The notes below the pieces were generated by a model. That model saw only the letters and a list, made by a program, of their open reading frames with translations. It searched no databases and was not told the origin of the DNA. A stretch of DNA of 64,000 nucleotides from Rhizophagus irregularis (lineage: Eukaryota), in the NCBI RefSeq assembly GCF_026210795.1, contig NC_089431.1, positions 2,170,001-2,234,000 on the forward strand. Reading direction: 5' to 3'. The position numbers and the translations under genes were made by a program. Positions 38,969 through 52,925 of this stretch are shown here, in pieces (the stretch's first letter is position 1; every line of letters starts with the position of its first letter).

Positions 38969-39919
38969 GTCATAGTGTCCTACATATGTGGACTCAAAAT
39001 AACTTTGCATAGATTCACATTATATAAATAATAATAGTTAAAGTATTATAAAAATTAGCAACTTGACTCGTACTCAATTTACTAATTACATTAATCAATA
39101 AAAAAATTTAATCAATGATAGGTGACTAAACAGGCAATCTGACAGGTAATCTGCCAGATTGACCTGATGGGTTGATCCACTTGCCACCACTTAGGTGAAA
39201 ATTATTACTATCCAAATATATCTATCTGTAGCCTACTTTATATTTTATTTTACTAATTTACTTTACTTTATCTTTTACTTTATGTATTTGTCATTTCATC
39301 TTTGCTATATTTTTTTTTGTTTTTTCACTATTCCTTTTCACTCCATTTACTTCATTCCATTTCTTTCATTCCATTTTTTCTACTTTTACTCTATTTCTTT
39401 CAATTCCATTTCTTTCAATACATTCTTTTTATTCTGTTTTTTTCATTATATCTGTTTTTTTCACCCTATTTTGTTTTTATTTTTATACCTTTCATTTTTG
39501 TATTTTTTTTCTCATTTTATTTCTTTATTTTCTTTTCCTTTTTTTTTCTTTAACTTCTTTCATCCCTCATTATTTAATAATACTATAATTTTTCATTAGT
39601 TTTTTTATTTCTTATTGTTTTGTTTTATTATTTCTATTATATCTCATTACCCATAATTTTTATCACTATTATGTTTTTCTTTTCTATTTTATTTTGGTTT
39701 ATTATTACATTATATGATTATTTGATTATGATTAAATTACAAGTAAAAAAAATAAGTGAAATTCACCACCAGTTAGTGTTTTTTTAAATTTATCAATTTT
39801 ACTGGTAAAATTCATCTCTATATATACAGTTGCTTTCAAAAAAAATGCAACACCTATATTGTTAATCATTAACTATAAATTTATTTAAAAAAAATTGTAT
39901 TAATAAATAATATATTATT

Positions 39920-40148
39920 TTTTTTGCTGTGAAGCACATATAGACCTTTATTAAGATTTTAAAAAAAAGTTCATACAATACATGTAAAACTATCATAAAT
40001 CCTAATTTAGTAAAGAATTACACCACCCGCTAACTTTGGCAAAGCAACCACAGCATTTACATGCAGCTGAAAGATTAGGCTATAAGTAAAGTTCCACCCT
40101 TTTCAGGTGTCCTTTTTTAGAGGGGTCCCCTCTTTTCGGTCTACACCA
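39920..40148 (-). mobile_element. 5'-truncated non-LTR retro-insertion (or SINE) with short poly(A)
   Basis: 15-bp TSD AAATAATATATTATT (39905-39919, 40149-40163); AATAAA and an A tract at the 3' end on the minus strand. Confidence 0.75.
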
Positions 40149-40449
40149 AAATAATATATTATTATTTAATTAAATTATTTTAATTATATACATAATTTTT
40201 GGCATTTTATAATAAACAGTTTTTCATGTTTACTTATAAATACAATGTGAAATTTCACGTAATAGGTGTTTTCTTATAATGGTTTCATTATTTTACATAT
40301 TAAGGAAATTATATATGCAGTATTACCTTAATTGTAGTTCTATTCATCTTTATGAGAGTAGTTATGTTAATTTCTTCAATATTGGAAATCTTATATATAA
40401 TGTTATGTAATTATTCTATTAGATAAAATAACTTCAGTATTGAAATATC

Positions 40450-42700
40450 ACCTTGATTTTTATATAAAAAGAAAATTTCTCTTTGCGATAAGGATTCTAA
40501 TGTTAATGATTTAAATGTATCATCTGATAATGACGATGATTTTAGTGATCTTCCTATTCATTTTATTTATTTTAAATCAACTAGCTAAAACTAGTAATTG
40601 TAATGCCTCTAATACTACCTAATGTGGAAATGATTCCTGTTAATCAATCTGTAATGCCTGAAAATTTCTGGAAGGATAAACAAAAATTAAAGGCGTGTAT
40701 TACAACTGATAAACAAGTCAAAGACCAATCAACAACGGCAAAATCTGATGCACAAACATCAGCTAAAAAACCTCAAAAGTGCAGAAGAAAATATTCAACT
40801 GGAAAAGTATTTAAATACGTATCAAGTACGAAAAAATCAAGGAGAAGTGAGAGTGAATCTGTGATATTATAGTCTATGATATTTCATATATCTGGAATCT
40901 GCACAAAATTTTAGCAGAGTTAAGCCATTGAGGTCATACTATTAAATTGTCAGTTAAACACTAATACAAGTATCAGACACTTTAAGTCAAAATAGCATTA
41001 TCCTCATTTGCTTTTCCTCAGTTTAAAAAGTTTTGGATGACCAACTTAAGAGGTATACTTATAAGATAGTTTCCTGCAAATTGGACTTTATGAAAAAAAA
41101 AATAATATAAGAAGTTTCGTTTATTATTCGTGACATTAGGAAGAAATGGTAATGGAAATTTACTTTACTTTGTGGGTTGACTATAAACCAACTGAATTTT
41201 TAACATAGTGCAGTGCTAGTTTATTTAAAATTATTCAAACAAGTAAAGGAAGGAAAAACTTGTGGCCTATTTTGAAAATTGAAAGACCACAATTAAGGCC
41301 TTAAATATATCATAGGTTTTCTTACCTACAAATAAGAAGTTAAAATGGTATTGACATTTTCTTTTCTAACTTAAAGTAAATATAATTGAAACTGAAAGCT
41401 AAGAATGTTCTGAGCAAGAAGTCTAGTGGAACTAGACAAGTTTTGGATAGTAATAAGTTTAAAAAGAAGGATAAAAATTATTTCTCAAAGAACCCAAATA
41501 TTCAGAAAAAGGCAAAGAATTTCTCGCAAAGTAAAGGTAGTAGTAATAATGTTAATAAGGAGGCTTTAGCAGAGATTTTGACATTATTATGGAAATTAGC
41601 TAATTAGTTTATTTTTAGTTAAATTTACTAAATAATTTAGATTGTTTTTAATAGCAGAATACTTTGATTTTTTATTTCTACTCTAGGCCCTATGGTTTAG
41701 AGAAGTCTTATTTCAGTTGACTCTTTATTTTTACCCAATACATTTGGATTATCTTAGGCAGCATAGTTTTATAGGGTGTGCGATATTAGTCTAATCACAA
41801 ATATAGTGCAATTATTATAGTAAACATCCTTTATATTAAGGATTTTTCTTGTCGATCATCTGTCGATCATTTTATAATTTATTAATATTTTAGAATCTTG
41901 GATTTAAATCATTTAAAAAATTTTAAAAAAGAGGTTTGGATTTAAATTTTTCTATTTAAAATCAGGTTATCGGTTAATTTACAAATATAATGCATTACTA
42001 TAGTGATCATTACTATAGATTTTTATTAATATATAATAAATTACTAGTAAAATTAAATTGCCTATAACTTTATATACATGTTTAACTCTCCATTTTTAGC
42101 AACAGTTTATAATATTAAAATCAAGCGTACACAAACTAATAGAGTCGGATTTTTTGAGTACATATAAATTTAGTTGTAAAAATCATGTTGTAATATTTCA
42201 CAGCAATGTAAACTTTATTTTTTTTATTTTATTGTTCAAAAACTGGCTCTATTTCATTAAAATACGACATTTAAAATTTCCAAAAAAGTTGTTTTTGGAA
42301 GCTAGCATCTACTTACTACAGTGCCAACAGAGTATGTTTCATGTCTCAAAGAGTAAAACACTATCACTTAAAGAATGCATAATGCAGAGTGAATTTTTAG
42401 CTGAAACTTTTCAAAGATACTCAAAATAATGTACTAAAGCCTATTGATACTATTTAAATGTTGCAAATCATTTAAAATAATTCAAAACTTTGTAAACTTC
42501 TTTCAATTTAATGATCGTCAAAATGATTGACAAAAAAATTCCTCAATAAGGCCTACAATATAGTGGTTTTACTATGTTTGTGATTAGGCCGATATCGCAC
42601 ACCCCAATAGTTTTACCTAGGTATAGCCTTTCTCTTTATCAAAGGATACACATATTAGTTTTTTATATTTATGTACCAATTTGCTTTTATTTGTAATAGA
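40450..42700 (+). mobile_element. Decayed ORF1-like retroelement remnant, interrupted by a MITE
   Basis: Lys-rich ORF pieces (40603-40872; 41386-41607 ending LAEILTLLWKLAN*); trailer homologous to 35460-35550 continues after the MITE. Confidence 0.45.
41772..42606. mobile_element. MULE-type MITE
   Basis: TIR T(A/G)GGGTGTGCGATAT..CTAATCACAAA; 9-bp TSD ATAGTTTTA (41763-41771, 42607-42615). Confidence 0.9.
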
Positions 42701-43860
42701 CTAGAATTACTTTTTTTCTTAAATTTATTCTTATATGACAAAGGATATGTTTTATAAATGAAATATTTAAGTTTATGGAAAAATTGATAACAGATGGATC
42801 TGTGTAGAGAAAGGATTATGCAATGAAATTTTTTTAATGTTAAAGCTAAAATTAAAACATATAAAATTTATTATTCAACTGGAAAAACATATTGGTGAAA
42901 CTAGTTTTACAGATCAAAGTATTCAACAAAATAAACCAAGTATTTTTAATAGAATTATAACACAAAAATTTGTAAATTAAAATTGAAACAGTTAATTTCA
43001 ATTTCAATTTTAATCTTAATTTCAATTATGGGTTTTATGAAAAAATTGGTATTTTAAACTTTTTTTTTAATTTTATAAGTAAAGTTGTAAAATAGGCAAA
43101 ATATGTATAGAATATATATTTTAAAAGTTTACATTATATTTATTTAAAAAAAATGAAATTTATAATATTATGTAATCATAAAATTATTATTTCTTTTGAA
43201 AAAAAAGGAATACTATATATAAAAGGTATTAGTATAATAACCTGCATTATATAGTAATATTTTTTAAAAATAAGTATTTATTATAATTTAATAATTAAAT
43301 AAACTATTTTACTAGTATTTTACTATTTATTAAATATAACTTTGCAGTACAGTATATTAAATATATAATGAATATTGAAAGTTATGTAACTAACAATAAA
43401 GATGTAATTTAATAATTACTATTGTACATTAATAATTAATATAAATTTTTTAGTATATTAAAAAGTGTTAAGAAAATACTTTTAAAAAATACATATTATT
43501 ATATATATATATATATGTAAAAAAATAAGATTTAAATATATAAAAAAACATAATATTTATATAATTATATGAAATTTAAAAGAATATATTATAAATTATT
43601 TATAAACAAGATTAATAGTTTAGAGCAATACCAATTATTTTTTATTTGTTATATTAAACAAGAATTCATCAACCAAAAAAAAAAATTCAGTCTCTTAAAA
43701 TTACAACATTTGCAAATTACAGAACTAATACTCAATAAGTATAAATTGATATAAGAATCTTGGTGAATAATTAATCCGACTTTATGACTTATTTGTTTTA
43801 TTTTATATATAAAATAGTAAACCAAAATGAACCAAAATTAATAAAATAATTAAAATTTGA

Positions 43861-46607
43861 CTATGTCACTGTCCATTTACTTGAACCTACTTGACCATAA
43901 TAACTTCTTATACTTCCATTCCTCCTTGGCTTCAACGAATAGACTTTATCGTGAACGGGATATGTTGCCACAATTCCGTCCGTTTTCGAGCTATTAGCTT
44001 CAACCATAATCACTTCATCTATTACTTCCATCGAAAATTGTCCATTATTGTTATTTTGAGGATATATTATATCAGAGTATTTTACTGTAGAATCTAGTCT
44101 ACGCAATAAGTTTTTTTGTGAGCGATTTTTGATTATTTTGTGACGGTAGGATCTTACATATTTTGAAGGACCGTATTCAGCAGGAATGATGGAATTATAA
44201 ATACTTTCTTCATCAGATGAATCTTCGTACTCATTATCCGGCACGATGTGTTTATCGCAATGTTGTTCTAATAAATACAACGAGATAATCTATATTTGTT
44301 CAAACTTTCATAAATAATAACGAAATCATTAAAGAAACGTACGTGATATTCGCTTATCAGGATCGTCTTCCTCTTCGTGAATTTCATCAGATGCAATATT
44401 TTTTCCCGGTATTTCTATTATTAAAAAGTAAAACGTTAATAAAAAAACTTTTTTGATTTACTAATGCAATTATAAGAAAATGGACTGAACCTTGTATTTG
44501 GACACTCGGTGCGTGCCGTGATCGGTCCAAATTTTCAAAAATTGTGATCCTAAATTATATTATATAAGAGAAAAAAAAGATGATGGGATAATATAATCGT
44601 AATTAATCATTTTCATAAGCAAAAAAAAAAAAATTCAATTAAAATCTTACATGATTTTTTCTAAGTATTCTCTCGTGTTTTTATTTTCCATATTGCTAGG
44701 ATGAACATCCAAGGTGTATTCAGGGCCAAAATAGTCATTATCACTATTATTCGATGGTAATTCTTTCGGTCAGCAATCATAAAATAAATAAACTAATTAA
44801 TAACTTGATCATAAAATGGAACTCAAATCAATACAACATTTTACCTGGGCCTATTTCTTGCCCAATAATAACTGCAGTTTCGTACGCCCATGCCCTTGAA
44901 ACATTTCGTATGGTATATCCACCTCCACCCAACACCAACATCGGTATATTAAATTTTTTAACGAACCGAATGCAATCTGCATGACCTAAATTAGCAATCA
45001 TATCAATGAATAAATTTTAGACATTAATGTTAGCATAAGGAAGCCTCTTATTATTACCTTTAGATGATAAATTAAAACAACCAAGCCGATCCCCGCTTAA
45101 TGAATCAGCGCCGCATTGTAAAACAATTACTGAGGGTTTATACCATTCGACCACATGTGAAACAACCTAATTATTATAATAAATTCATTATCAAATTTTT
45201 ACTCATTTTGTTTCACAAAAGACAATTCAAAAAGAATATTTACCGGTTCAAACACACTTTTATAAGTCATGTCATCGACACCCTCTCTCAATGGAAAATT
45301 TACTGAATAATATTTACCTTTTCCAATACCAATGTCCTATATATTAATATGTAAGTGAGCGTGTAAGATTAATGAATAAATATTTGTGATAAAATCGTCG
45401 ACCAAAAAAACCCACCGCCGTTTTTTTTTTCTTTATTCATATATTCATCGAAGAGAATGCAAACATACATGTATATCTCCCGTTCCTGGAAAATATTCAC
45501 CAAAATTGTGGAAGCTCAATGTCATAACTCGATCTGTTGTATAAAAAGCTTCTTCCACACCGTCTCCATGATGAATATCGATATCGATGTAAAGTACGCG
45601 CTTATGGTATCTATTCATAATTAATCATCAATGATTTATTTCCTTGCATCATAAAGATATTATTAATGAGATTAATTTACCTTAATAATTCTAATATTGC
45701 AACCACTATATCATTCACATAACAAAATCCGCTTGCCTCCTGTTTTTTGGCATGATGTAAGCCCCCAGCCCAATTTACGGCTATATCACATAATCCCTGG
45801 TTTAGTCTAGCCGCACCTTCTGTTGGATTATAAAAAAAGGAATATCAGAAACATCGTAAATAAATTAATTTTCTTAAAAATAAAATTGCATCGAACAAAG
45901 GAAACACTTACTAACCAAGAGAACCTCCAGTAGCTCGCCTACAATATTCGAGTAACCCATCAAAAGCCGGACAATCATCACCAACATTAACTACAAAAAA
46001 AAACAAACTTTATTCTCTTGAACTTAATAGAATATAAATAAAGTAACAATTCAAAGAAATACGATACTTACATCTTGTACAATCTTTTATACAAGTTTCC
46101 ATATTCGATGGAGTAACTTTACCCAGGAAATTTATGTAATCATCTGTATGAAATTGTGTTAATTCATCGATTGTGCTTGGTTTTGGTCTCTGTATAAATA
46201 TTGAATTAACAAGGCAGTCCACTTAACAATATGAGGCTTAAAGGAGGTAAAAATTAAATTGGCTTACAAAAATTTCCATCTTCTTGCACAATCCATAATT
46301 CATCACTAGATTATGGGTCATCCTCACCCTGAAGGGTTTCATAGGATGATTTGTACCATGCGTAAAAATACCAAGAGCATCTAAAAAAATATTTAAAATA
46401 ATCACCATGTGAATTTGATGTAATATCAAAATTTTTCATTTTCTACCCCAAAAATCTCTTTTGATATTATAACCTATATCAAACTAAGACTCTCATATAA
46501 GAACGTAAAAGACAATAAACTCCAGCCCCTCCCTCTACAACTTAACGAACAAAAAGTTACTCACGATCATAAAAATAGTTTATTCTTTTTTTTGGTTCTG
46601 CAGTCAT
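43861..46607 (-). CDS. Class I histone deacetylase (Rpd3/Clr6/HDAC1-like), multi-exon
   Basis: [99 protein letters not shown]; canonical introns. Confidence 0.95.
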
Positions 46608-47515
46608 GGGTATTTTGCTCAAGTCTCAAATAATCTTTTTCTTTATAGTTAAACCTTTCTATAACAGTTTACTTTTGTTTACTAAACCCTTTCTTCCTTT
46701 GTTACCTTTAAAAGTTTGTGAATTACTGTCCACGAAAAAAAAGTTTTTGTTGTATTTATAACAAATATATCATATATCAATTTAAAAGTTGTATTTTATA
46801 ATTATAGTGTTATATGTCATCAAACCCGGTAATATATAAGATATACTGTACATCAGAGATGCGTTTCATGTACAACCCATATATATAAAATAACATACAC
46901 TTCTTGTAATGTGATCTTTTAAAAAAAATCTTAGTAATTTATTGAAAATTCCTACAAATTAAAACTATTTGGGTAATTATTATAAAATTGATCGTAAAGA
47001 ACAACCAAGATAATTTACACTTATACTACAACACTTATAATCATTCAAATTTAGATTAATAATGCAATTTATTGTAAACATTTATGTTTCCATCACAATC
47101 CCAACTTATAAACAATGAGCAATCGTTCGTTTGTTATGAAATTTCATTAAATTCACTTAATACAAAAAAAATACCACCGTCTTTATAGTATAAAAATATA
47201 GACTATTAACATAATTAGTAATAATTATTATCTTAAAAAAGCATTTTGGCTTATTATGATTAATCATTACCTTTTTATTACATCTAAGTAATAAAATTTT
47301 GTACAAGTTCTTGGCATACAAGAAATTAAAATGTTTATTTGAATACAATTATTAGTGACAGAAACATTTGGTTAAGTATTCTTTTATCCTTGCATATAGA
47401 GCGCATGAAATATGGCATACGTCATATATGCAATCATTAAATTTACCCTTAAATTATTGCTTCGTAATTTACTAATATTTATAAATAAGAAACATATGTT
47501 GAGTTACCAACTTGG

Positions 47516-48859
47516 TTACTTACGATACCAAAGTTGAGTAGTCTTATAAGAAAAAGATAGAAGAAAGATAATTAGTATAAGTTAATATAAATCGTAAAAC
47601 TTAAAAGAAGATATATACCCTAGAGCGCCTCATTTTCTTCTGCAGTTGTAATACACCATACATTAGCGCCTCTGCTGTCGGAGGGCATCCGGGAACATAA
47701 ATGTCTACGGGAACAATTCGGTCACATCTAAAAGCAACCAATTATATACATATAATTATAACTAATTTTTTAGTCATTAAATAATAACGATGCTAAAAAA
47801 AATATGAAAAAAAAGAAAACAGAATACCCTCTAACAACACTATAGGAATAATGATAATATCCTCCACCATTTGCGCAAGAACCCATAGAAATTACCCATC
47901 GAGGTTCAGGCATCTGTATTCGAAATTTATTAGATTAAAAAATAAATAAAAAATAAAAAAGAAATAACCTACCTGATCATAAACTTTTCTTAATGGAGGA
48001 GCCATTTTATTAGTTAATGTACCTGCTACAATCATAACATCGGACTGACGAGGAGATGCACGAAATACAATTCCAATGCGATCTTGGTCATATCTAGCTG
48101 CTGCCATGTGCATCATTTCAACTGAATGTTATAAAAGGAAATTATTTGAGTCATATATTTATTTATTAAAATGAATTTTATTTTATGCATACCTGCACAA
48201 CACGCTAAACCAAAAGTCTAGGAGAATATTAATGTATAATTATGTATAATTACAATAAAATTAGGGATAAAAAATTTTCTTACCATAGGCCAAATCGAGC
48301 CCTGACGAGACCAATTTACAACTTGGTCTATGGTAGAAAGTACATATTCTATAATTGATGTAAATTGATTAGTATTGTCTGTTACGTACTTCAATAGAAT
48401 GAAAGAACAGTACCTGCAGTATTAGAAGGCTTGGCTAAAGCAAAATCTCCAGGCGTTGATTTTTTTTGTATATTATCAAGAGGCTTTGAAGGGTTTGAAG
48501 TAATTGCTCCATTGCTTTCTGTGACGAACCCACGAATTAGATTAAATCTAAAAGCTATTTAAAAATATAAAATATTAAATATACAGAAAAGAGCACTCAT
48601 AGTGTAATAAGTCTTGAAAGCTTTTAAGTAATTTAAATTAAAGATAAACTATATTTCGAAGCACAAACGAATTTGAAATTAAAGCTAAAAAATAAACTAA
48701 CCGTTGCTCACCTTCCTTTGTCTTTAGAAATGGTCGCGTAGCTATTTCCAATAAACGTTCAAAAGTTCACTGAATTGCTACTGAACTAAGAAACACGCAA
48801 AAAAATTAGATAAATTATATACCTGCACTAAAAAAAGATGAATTTCGAAAAATTGACAT
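47516..48859 (-). CDS. NDUFS7: NADH:ubiquinone oxidoreductase Fe-S subunit 7 (PSST/NuoB), mitochondrial, multi-exon
   Basis: [69 protein letters not shown]; ends QLWYRK*. Confidence 0.97.
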
Positions 48860-48932
48860 TTTATCAATTGATATCGTAACAAATTTTGATTTTTTATACT
48901 ATACGGTCACGTGATCCACATACGCCCCTATA

Positions 48933-49042
48933 CCATATTTTTCCAAAATTAGTCACCCCCCGAAATTAAGCATCCCTACAACTTTTCGAACTTTTAACCA
49001 AAATTCTTGTAAAAAAGGGGTGACTAATTTTGAAAAATATGG
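48933..49042. mobile_element. Tc1/mariner(pogo)-type MITE upstream of NDUFS7
   Basis: TA-flanked TIR CCATATTTTTC(C)AAAATTAGTCACCCC. Confidence 0.85.
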
Positions 49043-49912
49043 TATGTCACCGATATCTTACTATAAATTAAATCAAAATGAATTAATTTAAGTTTTTCAT
49101 ATATAATTTGGGTAAAATTAAATGTTTAAAAAGTAAAATAGTAGAAAAAAAAGGGAAGTACCATCTATATAAGAGGTATTGTAATTCATGTTATACAGTC
49201 ACATCTCCATATCCATATGCATTTAGAGAGGGTATGCACTTAAAGAACAGCTAATAGAAAAATCAATATTATTACACAATTAGCAATCTGAAAGAAATTT
49301 TATTTAAATTTAATTTTATTTTATATTTTGCAAAATAGAATTACTAAAAGAATTTTTTCCATTAACTTTATATATTCTTTTGCATTTCCTGTTAAAATAA
49401 AAATTTCTAAGCCAGCAATTGTAGTATTAGTACTAATAATAGGAAATTCATTGCTATTATCCATTTCTTCTAAATCCATATTCTTCTTGTCAATATTTTT
49501 AAAGAAATATATATATGAGTTCTTCAATAATTTCATCATTTTCATAAACAACAATATTCTTTTCAAATATATTAAAAAATTCTTAAAGTATTATATCTGC
49601 AAGTTCATCAAATATCAAGTTTTTATTTTGGTAAACCTAAAATATGCCTAAAATACTTGTAAAATATACTTTTAATATACTTGTTTTATCCAAATATTTA
49701 AATTATACTTAAAATATACTTAAACTAGAATTTAAATACAATATAAATGTATTTTTACATATTTAAAATATTCTTAATATGCTTAAATGTAAATTTAAGT
49801 ACAGTATAGGTGTATTTTTTATATACTTAAAATATACTTAAACTTTAATAAAACTCGTATATCTGGACACTTATTAGTGGTCAATAGGTGTCAACGTCAT
49901 AGCAATTCTGTC

Positions 49913-50661
49913 AGGATCCCACTTACTTATAATAAAGGTTACCATAGAAAATTGGCCTTTTACTAATAGTTTTTACCTTACTTTTTTCTTAAATTCTATT
50001 GGTTAATTAGCTAAAAAGGAAAAAAATCATAACAATATAATATAAAATTTCCTTTTATAATACATCAGGAAATTTGTTTAGGTGTAATTTATTGTAATAT
50101 TTTGGAGGTGGTGTAAAATTTTGAAATATTACACTAAAAACGTAATATTACAAAAGTTTACGCTTTTAAATTTGAATAATTATAGTAATTTAAGAATATC
50201 TCGCTATCTACTAATCCAATCAAGACGATCTATAACTCATTGGAATCAGCTCATCATGATGAATCGAATGGTAGTAAAATCGTATCTTTACATTTGATAG
50301 ATAACTTTCTATTAATTTAAAACTTTATTGCATACTATAGAACATTCTATCAACTGTAGAAATGCGAATTTACTACCATTCGATTCGTCTTGATGAGCTG
50401 ATTCCAATGAGCTATAGATCGTCTTAATTGGATCAGTAGATAGCGAGATATTTTTAAATTACTATAATTATTCAAATTTAAAAGCGTAAACTTTTGTAAT
50501 ATTACGTTTTTAGTGTAATATTTCAAAATTTTACACCACCTCCAAAATATTACACTAAATTACGCCTAAACAAATTTCCTGATGTAGGATCTGCAAAGAA
50601 TTTTATATATTATTTTTACCTTGGGCTTGAGGTGACCTATCTTATAAATAAGCGAGATCCT
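49913..50661. mobile_element. MULE-type MITE with nested foldback element
   Basis: 9-bp TSD AATTCTGTC (49904-49912, 50662-50670); AGGATC termini. Confidence 0.9.
50063..50584. mobile_element. CAT-ended foldback element (~240-bp arms), 2-bp TA TSD
   Basis: CATCAGGAAATTTGTTTAGG...CCTAAACAAATTTCCTGATG; the empty site is visible in the paralog near 36270. Confidence 0.92.
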
Positions 50662-52289
50662 AATTCTGTCATATTTATTTTATTGTAATATAATAGGCAG
50701 TGATTTAGCTGCAATTTATCCACGATGAAAGCTATAATTATTATAATTTTCAAAAATCATATAAAAATTCATTAAATAGCTATAGTAATACTGCAATTAA
50801 ATTGTGATCCCAAATTAAACATCAAATCACACAAATAATAATAAAATTGAAAATATTGAAATATTCCATATATGTAATATAATATAATTTATTTTTATTA
50901 AAATTTGTTTTTAATAATTTCCTATAATTTTATTATCACAGTTTTCAGAATTCTGTGTACATTGTGATGATTGAGTGATTATGATTGCAGGACGATTACA
51001 TAATGATTACAGGACAACATTATTTGATTTTTGTCTGGTAATTATCCTGTAATCTAATAATTTTTTTATTAGATGATTTATAGGGGGTAGCACAATTTTG
51101 AAAAGTGCGATAATATAAATAAAATTTACCCTAAAATTTATTATAAAATAAAATTCTTTGTAAAAATGAATTATTAATAACATTTTTTCTTATTAATATA
51201 ATTTATTAAATTTTGTTTTACTTTAATAATTTGTATTATATTATTACAATTAAATATATAGTACATAAAATAAATTGTATATTTAAAATATAAGATATAT
51301 ATACTAAATGTAACAAGAATTATAAACTGATAATCATAAACTATATAATTACGTTTAATTAAAACAATATATTACTAAACCTATACTAAAGATAACTTTA
51401 GTAAGACTTTCTTTGTGAATTAAAGAAATTTCATACATCTTGCCAGCTGGTGAGATAGCTTATGACCTCTAATCTCAAAGATGTCAAAGATAATTTGCAA
51501 TAATACCACTTGATAAATTAGGAACAATTTTAACTCTACAAAAATTTATCAAAAATTTTCCTATATTTTAGATAATATTTAAAAGAAAAAAAACAAATAA
51601 TTAATTCAACTTAACTAAATTTGTATTGATTAGATTTGATGCTTCCTAAACTGAATTTTTAAATGTTTTTTCTTTATTAGTACTTTACATCCCCATAAAC
51701 AGAGTTGGGTAATTGTACTAAGACAGACTTAATACAGTATAATACAGTATTAAGTACGTGCTATTTCTTGAAAATTTAGTATAAATACAATTTTAGTATA
51801 TACTATTAAAGATGGTGCTACAAATAAGTAATTGCGAAATATTTGCGATATGTGATATTGCGGAATATTGCAGATTTTGAAGTCTATATATCTGCAATTC
51901 CGCAATCCGTATTTAGACACAATTCTGCAATTTTTCTGCAATTCTGCAAATGATCTGCAATTTTGTAATTATTTGCAGAATTGCGAATTGCCCGCAAAAA
52001 AAAGGATAATTTTTTTTAATAAATGTAATTTTTTTAATTAACTAATAAAGAAACCGATTTCTTCTTATTACTAAAAGTAAAAAAAAATCGGGTTTTCATT
52101 AATAAAATTTTTTTAAAAAAATTATTTATTTTTTAGAAAAAACATATCGGTCGGTTAATTCGACGGTTATTAATATTAATAGTTAATGATATGGATTACA
52201 TTATCAGATAGCATAGTACAAATCAAATAAGAATTGCGTTGTGCAATTTTAAATTTTTTTTTTCATTTTAAAAAAACAACACCGTTCTT

Positions 52290-52925
52290 TTTTTTGTAAA
52301 TTTCGGCCTGGAACTTGAATGGAGACCGGTGAGTATTTTAAGGGGAAGAAGTGGGGTTTTTTTTATGTAAGAACATTTATTAACGTTCTTTTATTACTTT
52401 TTTTTTGTAGATTCTGGTCTAGAACTTAGAAATGGAGACCGGTGAGTATTTTAAAGAGAGGAGTGGGTTTTTTGGTTTTTTTATGTAAAAACGTTTATTA
52501 ATGTTTTTTTACTTCTTTTTTTTTTGTAGATTCCGACCTGGAACTTGGAAATGAAGACCAATGAGTATTTTAAAGGGGGAGTGGGGTTTTTTTGGTTTTT
52601 TTATGTAAGAACGTTTATTAATGTTCTTTTACTTCTTTTTTTTGTAGATTCTGGCCTGCAGGCTTAGAAAATGTAAAGATCCGGTAGATGTTTAAAGAAA
52701 GAGGGAAGCGGGGTTTTTTATGTTTTATTTATGTAAGAACGTTTATTAATGTTCTTTTACTTCTTTTTTTTTGTAGATTCTGGCCTGGAACTTGGAAATG
52801 GAGACCAGTGAGTATTTTAAAGGAGGGAGTGGGGTTTTTTTATTTTTTTTATGTAAGAATGTTTATTAACGTTTTTTTACTTCTTTTTTTTTGTAAATTC
52901 CAGCCTGGAATTTGAAAATGAAGAT
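52290..52925 (+). repeat. About 5.5 x ~120-bp imperfect tandem repeat
   Basis: TTTTGTAGATTCTGGCCTGGAACTTGGAAATGGAGACCGGTGAGTATTTTAA... recurs near 52295, 52405, 52525, 52643, 52771 and 52891. Confidence 0.9.

Noticed and set aside
49150..49860. Protein-coding gene upstream of NDUFS7
   Set aside because: Only short stop-riddled frames and AAATATACTTAA-type repeats; no recognisable domain.
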